The notes: generated by a model not told the origin, from the letters alone. Shown: positions 35,753-45,336, counted from the stretch's first letter. The stretch is 64,000 nt of DNA from an uncultured Gammaproteobacteria bacterium (GCA_964539545.1 CAZIJG010000001.1:11083-75082), one strand, 5' to 3'. Numbers and translations: made by a program.

Positions 35753-37477
35753 ATGAATAGTATCAATATGGTAGGTCCAAAGTTAATAAAAACAGAAGAC
35801 AAACGATTAACCGTTACAGAAAATACTAAAAAACTCTTTCAATCCATCTATCGCAAACAGAAAAAGAAAGATGAAAGTAATAGTGATGAAGTTGGTCGCA
35901 TTAAAGTTTCAGCCTTAATTTCTAAGGTAGCTTTTTTTTATGAGAAAATTCGTAATGCCGTAGACTATGACGAAGAGCACTTATTAAGGAAAAATGCGAT
36001 TGAAAGAATTCTTAAAAGACAAATTATTATTGAGGGGGTTCTTAAAGTATCTGAAAGTGAAGAAATCTCTTTACATTTGTTAACCGAATTAATTAGAGCA
36101 GGTTATTTACCTAATAATGAAATTCCTGAAAATAAAATCCAAGAAATTGCTGTAGTGCTAGGAAAGTATATTAAGCTCAAAAATTATAGTTTAGAGAGAA
36201 TTGGCACTTTTTTAGATATTAATAAAGATACAAAAATAGTAAAAGGGAAGTTAAATGAAAGAAATAATTTGATTAATTGGTTAATTTCTTTAGCTGCTAC
36301 TGAAATAGAAGAAAATTTGAGTGAAGATACTGTTCAACAAACTGTGGTACAAAATATTTTTGAAGATTTAGAAAAAAATATTAGCACCGAAGATAATTTA
36401 CCAGAGAGCCTAAAGAAAGATTTAAAGATTCAAATCTATCTTAGTATTCATCGTAAGTATCTAAAATACAATAATCAAATGCTTAGCCTAATTTTATTTA
36501 GGTATTATAACCGTTCTTGGAATCAAACAAATATAAAAGAAGAAGATATTATAGAAATTAGTAGTAATATAACTCCTCTGAGACAGGCTATAAACAAACA
36601 ACTTGAACATCCGTTAATCAAACAAATAGATAAAATTACTAAAAAATATTCTATATTCTTTACCATAATGACTGAGATCATTGAGAATGATCCAGTAAAG
36701 ACTTATCGAGAAGTAAAGGGCAATGTCAAAGGATATTATCAACAGATTAAATCCACCTATACTCGTAAATATAAAAAATTAAAATCTCAACTATGGCGTA
36801 GTGGATGGCGCAGTATTCTATATATCTTTTTAACTAAGTCAGTATTTGCTGTCCTAATCGAAGTTCCGGCTGTGCGTTGGTTAGGTGAAGAGCTTAACTA
36901 TGTTTCACTATCCATTAATATTATTTTTCCAGCCTTCCTATTATTCTTAATTATTTTACTAACTAGAAAACCTACCTCTAAAAATTTAGATCGAGTAGTA
37001 GAGGGGATTCAAGAATTAACCTATGCTGAAAAAATTAAAACTAGTCCTTATATTATCAAACGACCAATCAAAAGAAGCCGTACTGTTACTGGTATTTTTC
37101 GTTTAATTTACGCAACCACTTTTATATTCTCAATCTATATAGTAGTTAGAGCATTAGAAACTGTAGCCTTTAGCTGGGTAAGCATCATTATCTTCTTGTT
37201 CTTCTTAGCATTTGTAAGTTTCTTCAGTGTTAGAGTTAAGAGAAATATAAAAGAATTTATTATTGAACAAAGAAAAGACAGTCTAGCGGATTTTCTATTT
37301 GACTTCTTCTTTATGCCCATTGTAGCGGCTGGTAGATGGTTATCTGGAAAAGCTTCTAAGATTAATGTTTTCGTTTTCATTATGGACTTTATTATTGAGG
37401 CTCCATTCAAAGTATTCGTTGAGATTGCTGAAGATTGGACTAAGTATGTAAAGGAAAGAAAGGACGAAATTATGTAA
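35753..37477 (+). CDS. Large hypothetical membrane protein (soluble ~340-aa N-domain plus 4-5 TM)
   Basis: 574-aa uninterrupted ORF with hydrophobic helices in the C-terminal third. No family recognised. Confidence 0.55.
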   Translation: MNSINMVGPKLIKTEDKRLTVTENTKKLFQSIYRKQKKKDESNSDEVGRIKVSALISKVAFFYEKIRNAVDYDEEHLLRKNAIERILKRQIIIEGVLKVSESEEISLHLLTELIRAGYLPNNEIPENKIQEIAVVLGKYIKLKNYSLERIGTFLDINKDTKIVKGKLNERNNLINWLISLAATEIEENLSEDTVQQTVVQNIFEDLEKNISTEDNLPESLKKDLKIQIYLSIHRKYLKYNNQMLSLILFRYYNRSWNQTNIKEEDIIEISSNITPLRQAINKQLEHPLIKQIDKITKKYSIFFTIMTEIIENDPVKTYREVKGNVKGYYQQIKSTYTRKYKKLKSQLWRSGWRSILYIFLTKSVFAVLIEVPAVRWLGEELNYVSLSINIIFPAFLLFLIILLTRKPTSKNLDRVVEGIQELTYAEKIKTSPYIIKRPIKRSRTVTGIFRLIYATTFIFSIYIVVRALETVAFSWVSIIIFLFFLAFVSFFSVRVKRNIKEFIIEQRKDSLADFLFDFFFMPIVAAGRWLSGKASKINVFVFIMDFIIEAPFKVFVEIAEDWTKYVKERKDEIM

Positions 37478-37478
37478 T

Positions 37479-38171
37479 ATGAGAAAAGGTCAACTATATA
37501 TAATTGCTACTCCCATAGGGAACCTAGAGGATATCAGCTTTAGAGCCTTAAAAATATTAAGCCAAGCTGATATTATTTTGGCTGAAGACACTAGAACTAC
37601 AAAAAAATTATTAAATAAATACGAAATTAAAACTAGATTAGAATCTTTCAACCAACATTCATCTGTTAATCAGCAAAAAAGGATTATTAGTAACTTACAA
37701 TCCGGACAAATCATAGCCTTGGTTTCAGAAGCCGGGACTCCTGGTGTTTCTGATCCCGGATCTAAACTGGTAGAAGAAATTCGTAAAGCAGATTCCGATA
37801 TTCTAATTACCCCAATCCCTGGAGCCTGTGCTTTAACCACTTTAATATCTATAGCTGGGATAGGCACAGATAAATTTACCTTTTTGGGCTTCTTGCCTCA
37901 TAAAAAAGGCCGTAATAAAGCCCTGGGAGTTGTGAAAGAAAGCTTAATAAGTGTAGCCCTATATGAATCTAAACATAGGTTTTTAAAATTGCTACAGGAA
38001 TTACACGATATTAATTTAGGTAATAGAAGTATTGTAGTAGGCAGGGAACTAACTAAATTATATGAAACTATTTATACTGATTCTGTAGATAATTTATTAC
38101 AATATTTTCAAGATAATCCCCAGGAAGTAAAAGGTGAATTCACTATAATAATAAAAAAAGGCCGTCTATAA
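37479..38171 (+). CDS. rsmI: 16S rRNA (cytidine1402-2'-O)-methyltransferase
   Basis: LYIIATPIGNLEDIS, AEDTR and SEAGTPGVSDPG. Confidence 0.9.
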   Translation: MRKGQLYIIATPIGNLEDISFRALKILSQADIILAEDTRTTKKLLNKYEIKTRLESFNQHSSVNQQKRIISNLQSGQIIALVSEAGTPGVSDPGSKLVEEIRKADSDILITPIPGACALTTLISIAGIGTDKFTFLGFLPHKKGRNKALGVVKESLISVALYESKHRFLKLLQELHDINLGNRSIVVGRELTKLYETIYTDSVDNLLQYFQDNPQEVKGEFTIIIKKGRL

Positions 38172-38439
38172 AGATAGACGACCTTGGTCCAGTAAAGTTT
38201 AAATTGCAGTCAACACTTAATCCTATATTCTATAACAATGAATTTACTAGACTATTTTGATCTCTGATCTAAGGAGCAATCCTGGTCGAATCAAATCCGA
38301 CCAGTCTAGTTAAAAAGTTCTACAAACATTTGGCTATTTACGAGAACCATCCATATTTCAACCAAACATCTAATAAAACAATTTAAATAACAATGGTAAA
38401 GGATACCAGAACCGGAAGTATACAATAAATAATTAGAAT

Positions 38440-39870
38440 ATGTCAAGAGAAAAAACATTTTATATCACAACCACATTACCATATATCAATTCGGAACCCC
38501 ATATCGGCTTTGCAGCTGAAATTATTAAAGCCGATATTATTGCTCGTTTTAAACGTCAACAGGGATACGAAGTTTTTTTTAATACTGGAACCGATGAACA
38601 TGGCTTGAAGATTTATCGTAAAGCTCAAGAATTAAATATGGACACGCAAGAGTATTGTGATCAAGTAGCAGAGAAGTTTAAAAGGCTAAAAGAAGTTCTA
38701 AATCTGAGCTATAACAACTTCGTTAGGACTACTGATCCTGACCATATTGAGGCAGCCCAACATTTCTGGCAACTTTGTGAAAAGAATGGAGATATTTATA
38801 AAAAAAACTATCAAGTTAATTATTGCGTTGGTTGCGAAATGGAAAAAACGGAGTCTGAATTAGAGAATAACCGTTGTCCACTACATCCTAATCAAGATTT
38901 AGAAATTATTGAAGAAGAAAATTATTTCTTCCGTTGGTCAAAATATCAAACACAGCTATTAGAACTCTACAAAAAAAATCCTGAATACGTCTATCCTAAA
39001 CATCGCTTAAACGAAATTAGTAATTTTGTTAAAAAGGGTCTACAAGATTTCAGTATCTCCCGTCTAAAAGAAAAGATGCCCTGGGGTATTTCAGTTCCAG
39101 GTGATGATACCCAGGTAATGTATGTTTGGTTTGATGCTTTAATCAACTATATTTCTTCTTTGGGTTGGCCAAATAATACTGAACAATTCGAAAAATTCTG
39201 GCCAGGCATTCAGGTAGCTGGTAAGGATAATCTTCGTCAACAATCTGCCATGTGGCAAGGCATGCTAATGTCTGCTGGCTTACCTAATTCTAATAACGTT
39301 TTAGTCTTTGGCTTTTTGACTTCAGAAGGCCAAAAAATTAGCAAATCATTAGGCAATCAAATCAGTCCTGAAGAATATACTAAAAAATTTGGCACTGACG
39401 CTTTAAGATATTATTTAATTTCTCAAATGCCAATCTTTGCTGACGGTGATTTTTCTAAAGATAAATTTATTGAAACATATAATTCTGATCTAGGTAATGA
39501 TTTAGGTAACTTGGCTGTTCGTTTAACTAATTTAATTGAAAAACAAAATCTAACTTTAAAACTAGAAAAAAACTCTGATATAGAACTGAACGAAACTTTA
39601 GTAGATAGGTTATCTCAATATCAACTAAAAGAAGCCTTAGAAACTATTTGGAAAAAGGTTAGAGGTATAAATGAATACTTAACTAAGGAAGCTCCTTGGA
39701 AAATAGAAGATGCTACTGAGAAAGAAGCTATCCTAGAGAACGCAGCCCAAAAATTATATGATGTAGCCCTAGCTCTGGAACCGTTTCTACCAGAAACTAG
39801 CGAGAAACTTCGCAATCAATTTGAGGCTAGCAACATCACTAAAGGTGAGCCTCTTTTTCCCAGACGTTAA
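38440..39870 (+). CDS. metG: Methionine--tRNA ligase (short form)
   Basis: PYINSEPHIGF (HIGH region), Zn knuckle CVGCE..CPLH, and KISKSLGN (KMSKS). Confidence 0.95.
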   Translation: MSREKTFYITTTLPYINSEPHIGFAAEIIKADIIARFKRQQGYEVFFNTGTDEHGLKIYRKAQELNMDTQEYCDQVAEKFKRLKEVLNLSYNNFVRTTDPDHIEAAQHFWQLCEKNGDIYKKNYQVNYCVGCEMEKTESELENNRCPLHPNQDLEIIEEENYFFRWSKYQTQLLELYKKNPEYVYPKHRLNEISNFVKKGLQDFSISRLKEKMPWGISVPGDDTQVMYVWFDALINYISSLGWPNNTEQFEKFWPGIQVAGKDNLRQQSAMWQGMLMSAGLPNSNNVLVFGFLTSEGQKISKSLGNQISPEEYTKKFGTDALRYYLISQMPIFADGDFSKDKFIETYNSDLGNDLGNLAVRLTNLIEKQNLTLKLEKNSDIELNETLVDRLSQYQLKEALETIWKKVRGINEYLTKEAPWKIEDATEKEAILENAAQKLYDVALALEPFLPETSEKLRNQFEASNITKGEPLFPRR

Positions 39871-39887
39871 TATGCTATAATAATAAT

Positions 39888-40403
39888 ATGTATATTTTTG
39901 ACACCATTTTAATCGTTATCTTAGCTGGCTTTTTATTCTATGGCCTATTTAAAGGTGTAGTTAGAATGATTGGAGATCTAGCCGGATTGATCATCGGCGC
40001 TTGGATTGCTAGTCATTATTATTTAGCTTTTGCTGGTTGGCTAGCTAGTTTTAATCTAGGCTCTGAAAATGTAATAAAGATTATAGCCTTCATTGTATTA
40101 TTTGGTGTAGCTAGTAAACTAGTCGGTTTTATTTTTATGATCCTAGAAAAAGCTTTCAAAATTATTTCCATCATACCGTTTGTTAAATTCTTTAATAAAG
40201 TAATCGGTGGTATTCTAGGTCTACTTTTGGGTTCTCTCGGTATTGGCTTAATAATCTATGTAATTTCTAAATATGCTTGGATTGGCACAAAAATGGCCCT
40301 ATGGTTAGAGGAATCTCAAGTAGCTCCAATATTATTAAACTTTGCTAATCTATTATTACCATTATTACCAAAGGCTCTTAAAATGTTAGAAGGTATAATT
40401 TAA
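39888..40403 (+). CDS. CvpA family membrane protein
   Basis: Four TM helices. N-terminus DTILIVILAGFLFYGLFKGVVRMIGDL is typical of CvpA. Confidence 0.7.
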   Translation: MYIFDTILIVILAGFLFYGLFKGVVRMIGDLAGLIIGAWIASHYYLAFAGWLASFNLGSENVIKIIAFIVLFGVASKLVGFIFMILEKAFKIISIIPFVKFFNKVIGGILGLLLGSLGIGLIIYVISKYAWIGTKMALWLEESQVAPILLNFANLLLPLLPKALKMLEGII

Positions 40404-40999
40404 TGAAATATCTAAAAATAGACATAGCTGAACCAGCTAGGTCAGTAATCCGAGAAACTGTTTTAAAATTAAAAAAATCACAAGTAATTGCATTGCCCAC
40501 TGACACTATTTATGGTTTCAGTGCTTTAATTACCAAAAAAGAAGCTATTGATAAAATTTATCAGATTAAACAACGTGATAAAAAATACGCTCTATTAATT
40601 CTAGTAAATAGCTTAAAAATGGTAAAAAAATACTGCCAGATTTCAACTAGGCAGTTTAATTATTTAAAGACTGTTTGGCCTGGACCAGTGACTGTTATTT
40701 TAGATATAAAACCTGGTAAATTAAGAAATATATTCACATCAGATAATTCTATTGCTGTTCGTTGGCCAGATAATGAATATTTGCAAAAATTAATTAAAAA
40801 AACTAAGACACCATTGATCTCTACTAGCGCTAACATAACTACCAAACCAGTAGCTCAAAATGGCCGAGATATAATAAACACTTGGAAAAATCTAGAAAAC
40901 CAACCCAGTTTAGTGATAGACGGTGGAAATCTAGATAACAAAGCCTCTAGAATCATTGATTTAAGAGATATAGATAATATAAAAACAATTAGAGAATAA
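40403..40999 (+). CDS. tsaC: L-threonylcarbamoyladenylate synthase (YrdC/TsaC type)
   Basis: ALPTDTIYGFSA and PLISTSAN. 1-nt overlap with the preceding stop. Confidence 0.85.
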   Translation: MKYLKIDIAEPARSVIRETVLKLKKSQVIALPTDTIYGFSALITKKEAIDKIYQIKQRDKKYALLILVNSLKMVKKYCQISTRQFNYLKTVWPGPVTVILDIKPGKLRNIFTSDNSIAVRWPDNEYLQKLIKKTKTPLISTSANITTKPVAQNGRDIINTWKNLENQPSLVIDGGNLDNKASRIIDLRDIDNIKTIRE

Positions 41000-41000
41000 T

Positions 41001-42269
41001 ATGAGTCATTACGAATTTAAAGGGTCTCAAACCAAAAATAATAAGTTTAGGATTATAGGCTGGGCCGTTCTAATCATTTTTCTAATGATAGTTTCCTTTC
41101 AGGCTGGTACTGGCTGGAAAAATACTCAATCTTTAGGTTTGAGTAATGCAAACATAAGTTACGAAGGAGAAATAGTTAATAAATATGAAAATGAAACCGG
41201 CGAATTAGTCCAAGATATAGATTTTGATCTCTACTGGAAGGTCTGGGACGTACTAAAAGCTAAATATGTAGATAAGGATGAAATAAACGAACAAGAGCTA
41301 TTCTATGGCTCTCTGAAAGGCATGGTGGAATCTCTAGGCGATCCATATACTACTTTTTTAGATCCTCGACTAGCTAAGAAATTTAACGATGATTTAGCTG
41401 GTAGTTTTGAGGGAATTGGCGCTGAAATCAGTATTCGTGATGAAATTCTAACTATTGTTGCTCCTCTGAGTGGTACTCCGGCTGATAACGCTGGCCTAAG
41501 AGCGGGAGACAAGGTATATAACATTAACGGAGAATCTACTGCTGGCATCACTATTGATGAAGCTGTAAATAGAATCCGAGGAGAAAGAGGCACTGAAGTA
41601 ATTCTTACTGTCTATAGTTCTGGCTCAGAGAGCACTCGAGATGTTAACATTATTCGTGGTGTTATTATTTTAGAAAGTATAAAGACTGAAGTTAGAGAAG
41701 ATGGAATATTTGTTGTTAAGGTATCTAATTTTAACGATGATACCACAAAATTATTTAATCAAGCTATTGAAAAAATAATCCAAACTCAACCCGAAGGATT
41801 AATTTTAGATTTAAGAAATAACCCTGGTGGTTATTTAAACACTGCCATAGAAATGGCTAGTGAATGGATTGAATCTGGTCCAGTGGTTATTGAACAATTT
41901 GACAATGACGAAAAAAGTGAATACTTAGCCAGAGGCCAGGCTAGGCTAGATGGTATTAAGACTGTAGTTCTAGTAAACCAGGGAAGTGCTTCAGCTTCAG
42001 AAATTGTAGCCGGCGCTCTACAGGATTATAATAAAGCCACAATTGTAGGCGAACAGACCTTTGGTAAAGGCTCTGTGCAAACAGTAAAAGACTTTGCTGA
42101 TGGTTCAGCTGTAAAAATAACTACTGCTAAATGGCTAACACCGGATGGTTGTTCTATAAATGAAGAAGGAATTGCTCCTGATATAGATGTAGAATATAGT
42201 TGGGAAAGTTTTGAAGCTGCAGAAGATCCACAAATGGATAAGGCTATAGAAATAATTAAAGGGGAATAA
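41001..42269 (+). CDS. S41 family carboxy-terminal processing protease
   Basis: PDZ segment (GTPADNAGLRAGD), LDLRNNPGG and GSASASEI. Confidence 0.9.
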   Translation: MSHYEFKGSQTKNNKFRIIGWAVLIIFLMIVSFQAGTGWKNTQSLGLSNANISYEGEIVNKYENETGELVQDIDFDLYWKVWDVLKAKYVDKDEINEQELFYGSLKGMVESLGDPYTTFLDPRLAKKFNDDLAGSFEGIGAEISIRDEILTIVAPLSGTPADNAGLRAGDKVYNINGESTAGITIDEAVNRIRGERGTEVILTVYSSGSESTRDVNIIRGVIILESIKTEVREDGIFVVKVSNFNDDTTKLFNQAIEKIIQTQPEGLILDLRNNPGGYLNTAIEMASEWIESGPVVIEQFDNDEKSEYLARGQARLDGIKTVVLVNQGSASASEIVAGALQDYNKATIVGEQTFGKGSVQTVKDFADGSAVKITTAKWLTPDGCSINEEGIAPDIDVEYSWESFEAAEDPQMDKAIEIIKGE

Positions 42270-42272
42270 ATC

Positions 42273-42300
42273 AAAAAGGACGCAATTGCGTCCTTTATTT
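42273..42300. terminator. Bidirectional terminator
   Basis: ggacgc/gcgtcc stem with an aatt loop, flanked by A5 and T-rich sequence. Confidence 0.75.
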
Positions 42301-42317
42301 ATGGATTATTTTTACTG

Positions 42318-42584
42318 TCAATCTGCAAAAATATCAAAATCAATATCAAATATTCTAGCTTTTGCTTGAATACCTAAAGATTCTTTTTGAGTAGCATAAT
42401 CCCACTCAGTATTGTACTTTTTTCCAACGTTGTTTATATCTAATTCGACTGGATCATGCTCGTCAGATAAGTATTTAACTATCTCACAAGTTTTATTAGT
42501 AATCTTTCGAATTTCGCCACTAAATAAAATGGCAAGGCTAGCATCGTTGCTCCTTCCGACAAGTAAAACTGGTTGTTCATCCAT
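42318..42584 (-). CDS. Hypothetical acidic 88-aa protein
   Basis: Preceded by a canonical GGAGGA (42593-42598) 8 nt from the ATG, which is rare in this window. No family recognised. Confidence 0.55.
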   Translation of the reverse strand: MDEQPVLLVGRSNDASLAILFSGEIRKITNKTCEIVKYLSDEHDPVELDINNVGKKYNTEWDYATQKESLGIQAKARIFDIDFDIFAD

Positions 42585-42721
42585 TTAGTAATTCCTCCAT
42601 AGTTCCTCTAAATTTAAAAGTTTTTAAATAACATAAATTTATTATATAATATAAATATAATACACTACATAATATAAAACCATAACAAAATTATTGAATT
42701 TTGTCAATTAATTTTTTATTT

Positions 42722-44389
42722 ATGCAAAAAATAAACAAGGATCAAAAGAAAGAAAGAAATACAAAATACATTTTCGTCGTAGGCGGAGTTATGTCTGGTG
42801 TAGGTAAAGGCGTGACTACAGCTTCTATCGGTTGCATCCTGCAATCCAGAGGCTATCGAGTAAGCGCTATTAAAATTGACCCCTATATTAACATCGATGC
42901 CGGAACAATGAATCCGGTGGAGCACGGGGAAGTGTTCGTAACTGAAGATGGAGATGAGACAGATCAAGACATTGGTAATTATGAAAGATTTTTGAATCAA
43001 AATATCTATCGTGAAAACTACATGACTACTGGTCGTATTTATCAAAACGTTATTAACAAAGAAAGAAACTTAGAATATAAAGGGAAATGTGTACAAGTAG
43101 TACCACATATTCCAATTGAGGTTAGAGAACGAATTGAAAAGGCCGTAGAGAAAACTAACGCTGAAATTATGATTATTGAAGTTGGTGGCACAGTAGGTGA
43201 ATATGAAAATCTATTATTCTTAGAAGCAGCTAGAGTGTTAAAACTTCATCAGCCAGATGATGTTTTATTTGTGATGGTTTCTTATTTACCTTTTCCTAAT
43301 AAGATCGGCGAAATGAAAACCAAGCCAACTCAGCATGCTGTCCGCAGTCTTAACAGTGCTGGTATTCAGCCCAACTTCATCATTGCCCGTTCAGAAATGG
43401 ATATTGATGAACCTCGAAGATCAAAAATTGCTCTACATTGCAATATGAGTCCTTTAGACGTAATTGGCGCTCCAGACGCTGAATCCATTTATGACATCCC
43501 AATTAATTTTGAAAGAGACAACCTAGGAGATAGAATTTTAGAAAAATTTAAACTTAAGGAAAGTAAAAAAGATTTGAAAGAGTGGAGGGCTATGGTAAAA
43601 AGATATAAGAACCCTCAAGGAAAGGTGGATATTGGCATTGTTGGCAAATATTTTACCACTGGAAATTTCTCTCTATCAGATTCCTATATCTCTGTAATTG
43701 AGGCTTTAAAGCATGCTGGCACTCAAAACAAAATAAAAGTAAATCTACATTGGTTAAATACTTCAGATGTAGAAAAAAATGGTGTTAAGGTACTTAGGAA
43801 ACTAGACGGTATTGTAGTGCCGCAAGGCTGGGGTTCTCGCGGATCAAAAGGGAAGATTGCTACTATTAAATATTGCCGGGAAAATAAAGTTCCATATTTT
43901 GGTCTTTGTTACGGCATGCAAATGGCAGTCATTGAATTTGCTAGAAATGTATGCGGACTAGAAGATGCTAATTCTGAAGAAATTGATCCTAAAACTACCA
44001 ACCCAATAATCCACATCATGCCTAATCAGATCAAATTAATTAAAGAAAAGGGCTATGGTGGAACCATTAGATTGGGCGGTTGGCCATGCAAACTAAAAGC
44101 GGGAACTAGGTTAGCTCAAGCCTATGAAAAGTTTACCAACAAAAAAACCGTTTCCGAAAGACATCGACATCGATATGAATTTAATAATGATTATCGCAAA
44201 ATATTAGAAGAAAAAGGTTTGGTGATTTCTGGAACTTCTCCTGACAACAAAATTGTAGAGGCTATTGAATTACCAAATCATCCTTTCTATATCGGCGTAC
44301 AGTTCCACCCAGAATATATATCTAGGCCACTAAGTCCTCATCCTCTATTTGTAGATTTTGTAAAGGCCTGTTGGAAAAATAAAAAATAA
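42722..44389 (+). CDS. pyrG: CTP synthase
   Basis: KYIFVVGGVMSGVGKG, GATase GLCYGMQ and VQFHPE. ATG 42722 is preferred to TTG 42701. Confidence 0.95.
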   Translation: MQKINKDQKKERNTKYIFVVGGVMSGVGKGVTTASIGCILQSRGYRVSAIKIDPYINIDAGTMNPVEHGEVFVTEDGDETDQDIGNYERFLNQNIYRENYMTTGRIYQNVINKERNLEYKGKCVQVVPHIPIEVRERIEKAVEKTNAEIMIIEVGGTVGEYENLLFLEAARVLKLHQPDDVLFVMVSYLPFPNKIGEMKTKPTQHAVRSLNSAGIQPNFIIARSEMDIDEPRRSKIALHCNMSPLDVIGAPDAESIYDIPINFERDNLGDRILEKFKLKESKKDLKEWRAMVKRYKNPQGKVDIGIVGKYFTTGNFSLSDSYISVIEALKHAGTQNKIKVNLHWLNTSDVEKNGVKVLRKLDGIVVPQGWGSRGSKGKIATIKYCRENKVPYFGLCYGMQMAVIEFARNVCGLEDANSEEIDPKTTNPIIHIMPNQIKLIKEKGYGGTIRLGGWPCKLKAGTRLAQAYEKFTNKKTVSERHRHRYEFNNDYRKILEEKGLVISGTSPDNKIVEAIELPNHPFYIGVQFHPEYISRPLSPHPLFVDFVKACWKNKK

Positions 44390-44407
44390 TTTATAGACCA
44401 AAATAAC

Positions 44408-44434
44408 AAAGCCGCCTGAAATAGGCGGTTTTTG
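44408..44434 (+). terminator. pyrG intrinsic terminator
   Basis: ccgcct/aggcgg stem (44412-44417/44423-44428) with a 5-nt loop, followed by T5. Confidence 0.8.
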
Positions 44435-44460
44435 TGTTGACAAAATTATAGAGATATAAT
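44432..44460 (+). promoter_or_regulatory. Promoter candidate for the putative sRNA
   Basis: Perfect TATAAT (44455-44460) and TTGTGT 17 nt upstream (44432-44437). An overlapping TTGACA at 44437 is only 12 nt from the -10 element. Confidence 0.35.
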
Positions 44461-44466
44461 AGCGGT

Positions 44467-44672
44467 GAGACTCATTTTTCTCACCCCTCCTTTACCATTA
44501 AACCATGACTAACGTCTTCTATCATAAATAATCTGCATTCGTGCAGGGGGTAGAGAATATGGCCATATTCTCTCAATATTTTAACGGACCCAGACAGGTT
44601 GTAAAATATCCCTAACGCAAGTTAAAATTTAATGAGGTAGTTTCCGGTAAACTACCTCATTTTTCTTTTTTT
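44467..44672 (+). ncRNA. Candidate structured small RNA (unclassified)
   Basis: Promoter-like element upstream. Hairpins at 44464-44485, 44533-44546 (UUCG loop), 44552-44573 and 44576-44609. Ends in a 12-bp terminator hairpin plus U-run (44632-44672). No ORF of meaningful size. Confidence 0.3.
44632..44672 (+). terminator. Strong intrinsic terminator (plus-strand oriented)
   Basis: atgaggtagttt/aaactacctcat 12-bp stem with a 5-nt loop, followed by tttttcttttttt. Confidence 0.85.
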
Positions 44673-44688
44673 AAATTTTAGCTAAAAC

Positions 44689-44720
44689 AAAAACATGATT
44701 TAGAAAAACCATGTTTTTTT
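44689..44720 (-). terminator. rpmA terminator
   Basis: aaaaacatg/catgttttt stem with a 12-nt loop. T-rich on the minus strand after the stem. Confidence 0.55.
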
Positions 44721-44738
44721 ATATGAAGTAATAAATAA

Positions 44739-45020
44739 TTATTTCTTTTCTACTACATTAACAATAGTGGTAGTTTTTAATTTGCCGTCAAATTTCCTTA
44801 ATTTCTTACTTTGAAATTCCACAAAACCACCTACAACTGAAAATAAGGTGTGATCTTTTCCTACTCTTACATTGTTACCAGCATGGTATTTAGTTCCTCT
44901 TTGACGAATGATAATAGCTCCTGATTGAGCATATTCACCCCCAAATAACTTAACACCAAGCCTTCTTCCAGCCGAATCCCGGACATTCGCGGTAGATCCG
45001 CCGGCCTTTTTATGTGCCAT
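44739..45020 (-). CDS. rpmA: 50S ribosomal protein L27
   Basis: [24 protein letters not shown] canonical N-terminus. The 26 extra codons in the track ORF are rejected. Confidence 0.95.
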   Translation of the reverse strand: MAHKKAGGSTANVRDSAGRRLGVKLFGGEYAQSGAIIIRQRGTKYHAGNNVRVGKDHTLFSVVGGFVEFQSKKLRKFDGKLKTTTIVNVVEKK

Positions 45021-45146
45021 ATTTTTTGAAAATAAAAAGCAAAAACTTCCTTGAATTTTTACTGATTCTACTATAACAAAAAGGGATTTTCCTGTCAACT
45101 ATTATTATGATATAATAAGACTGTTAATAAAATAACTCAACATCTT

Positions 45147-45332
45147 ATGAAAGTCAAAGTAGATAAAGACAAATGTATTAGTTGCGGTTTATGCACCAGT
45201 ATATGCTCACGAATTTTTGTTCTTGATACCGAGGGAAAATCTGAAGTTCAAAATCAACCAAAAACCGAAGATGATAAAAAATGCGCTAAAGAATCTATAG
45301 CTTCTTGTCCGGTAAAAGCTATAAACGAATAA
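45147..45332 (+). CDS. Small single-cluster ferredoxin
   Basis: CISCGLCTSIC plus a distal CP (ASCPVKAI). 61 aa. Confidence 0.75.
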   Translation: MKVKVDKDKCISCGLCTSICSRIFVLDTEGKSEVQNQPKTEDDKKCAKESIASCPVKAINE

Positions 45333-45336
45333 TAAT

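Noticed and set aside
38172-38439. Calling the metG leader a Met T-box riboswitch or an SRP RNA because of a UGGU bulge candidate and a CCGGAAG string.
   Set aside because: The conserved 14-nt T-box sequence, the specifier-loop context and a terminator/antiterminator (or SD-sequestering) helix are not recognisable. The SRP helix-8 motifs (GGAA tetraloop followed by AGCAGC) are absent. It is kept only as an unexplained structured region.
45021-45098. A 26-codon N-terminal extension of L27 in the ORF track ([26 protein letters not shown]-).
   Set aside because: The canonical L27 N-terminus [10 protein letters not shown] begins at ATG 45020. The extension is hydrophobic and unlike the short Prp-cleaved propeptides known in Firmicutes, and it would overlap the likely promoter region.
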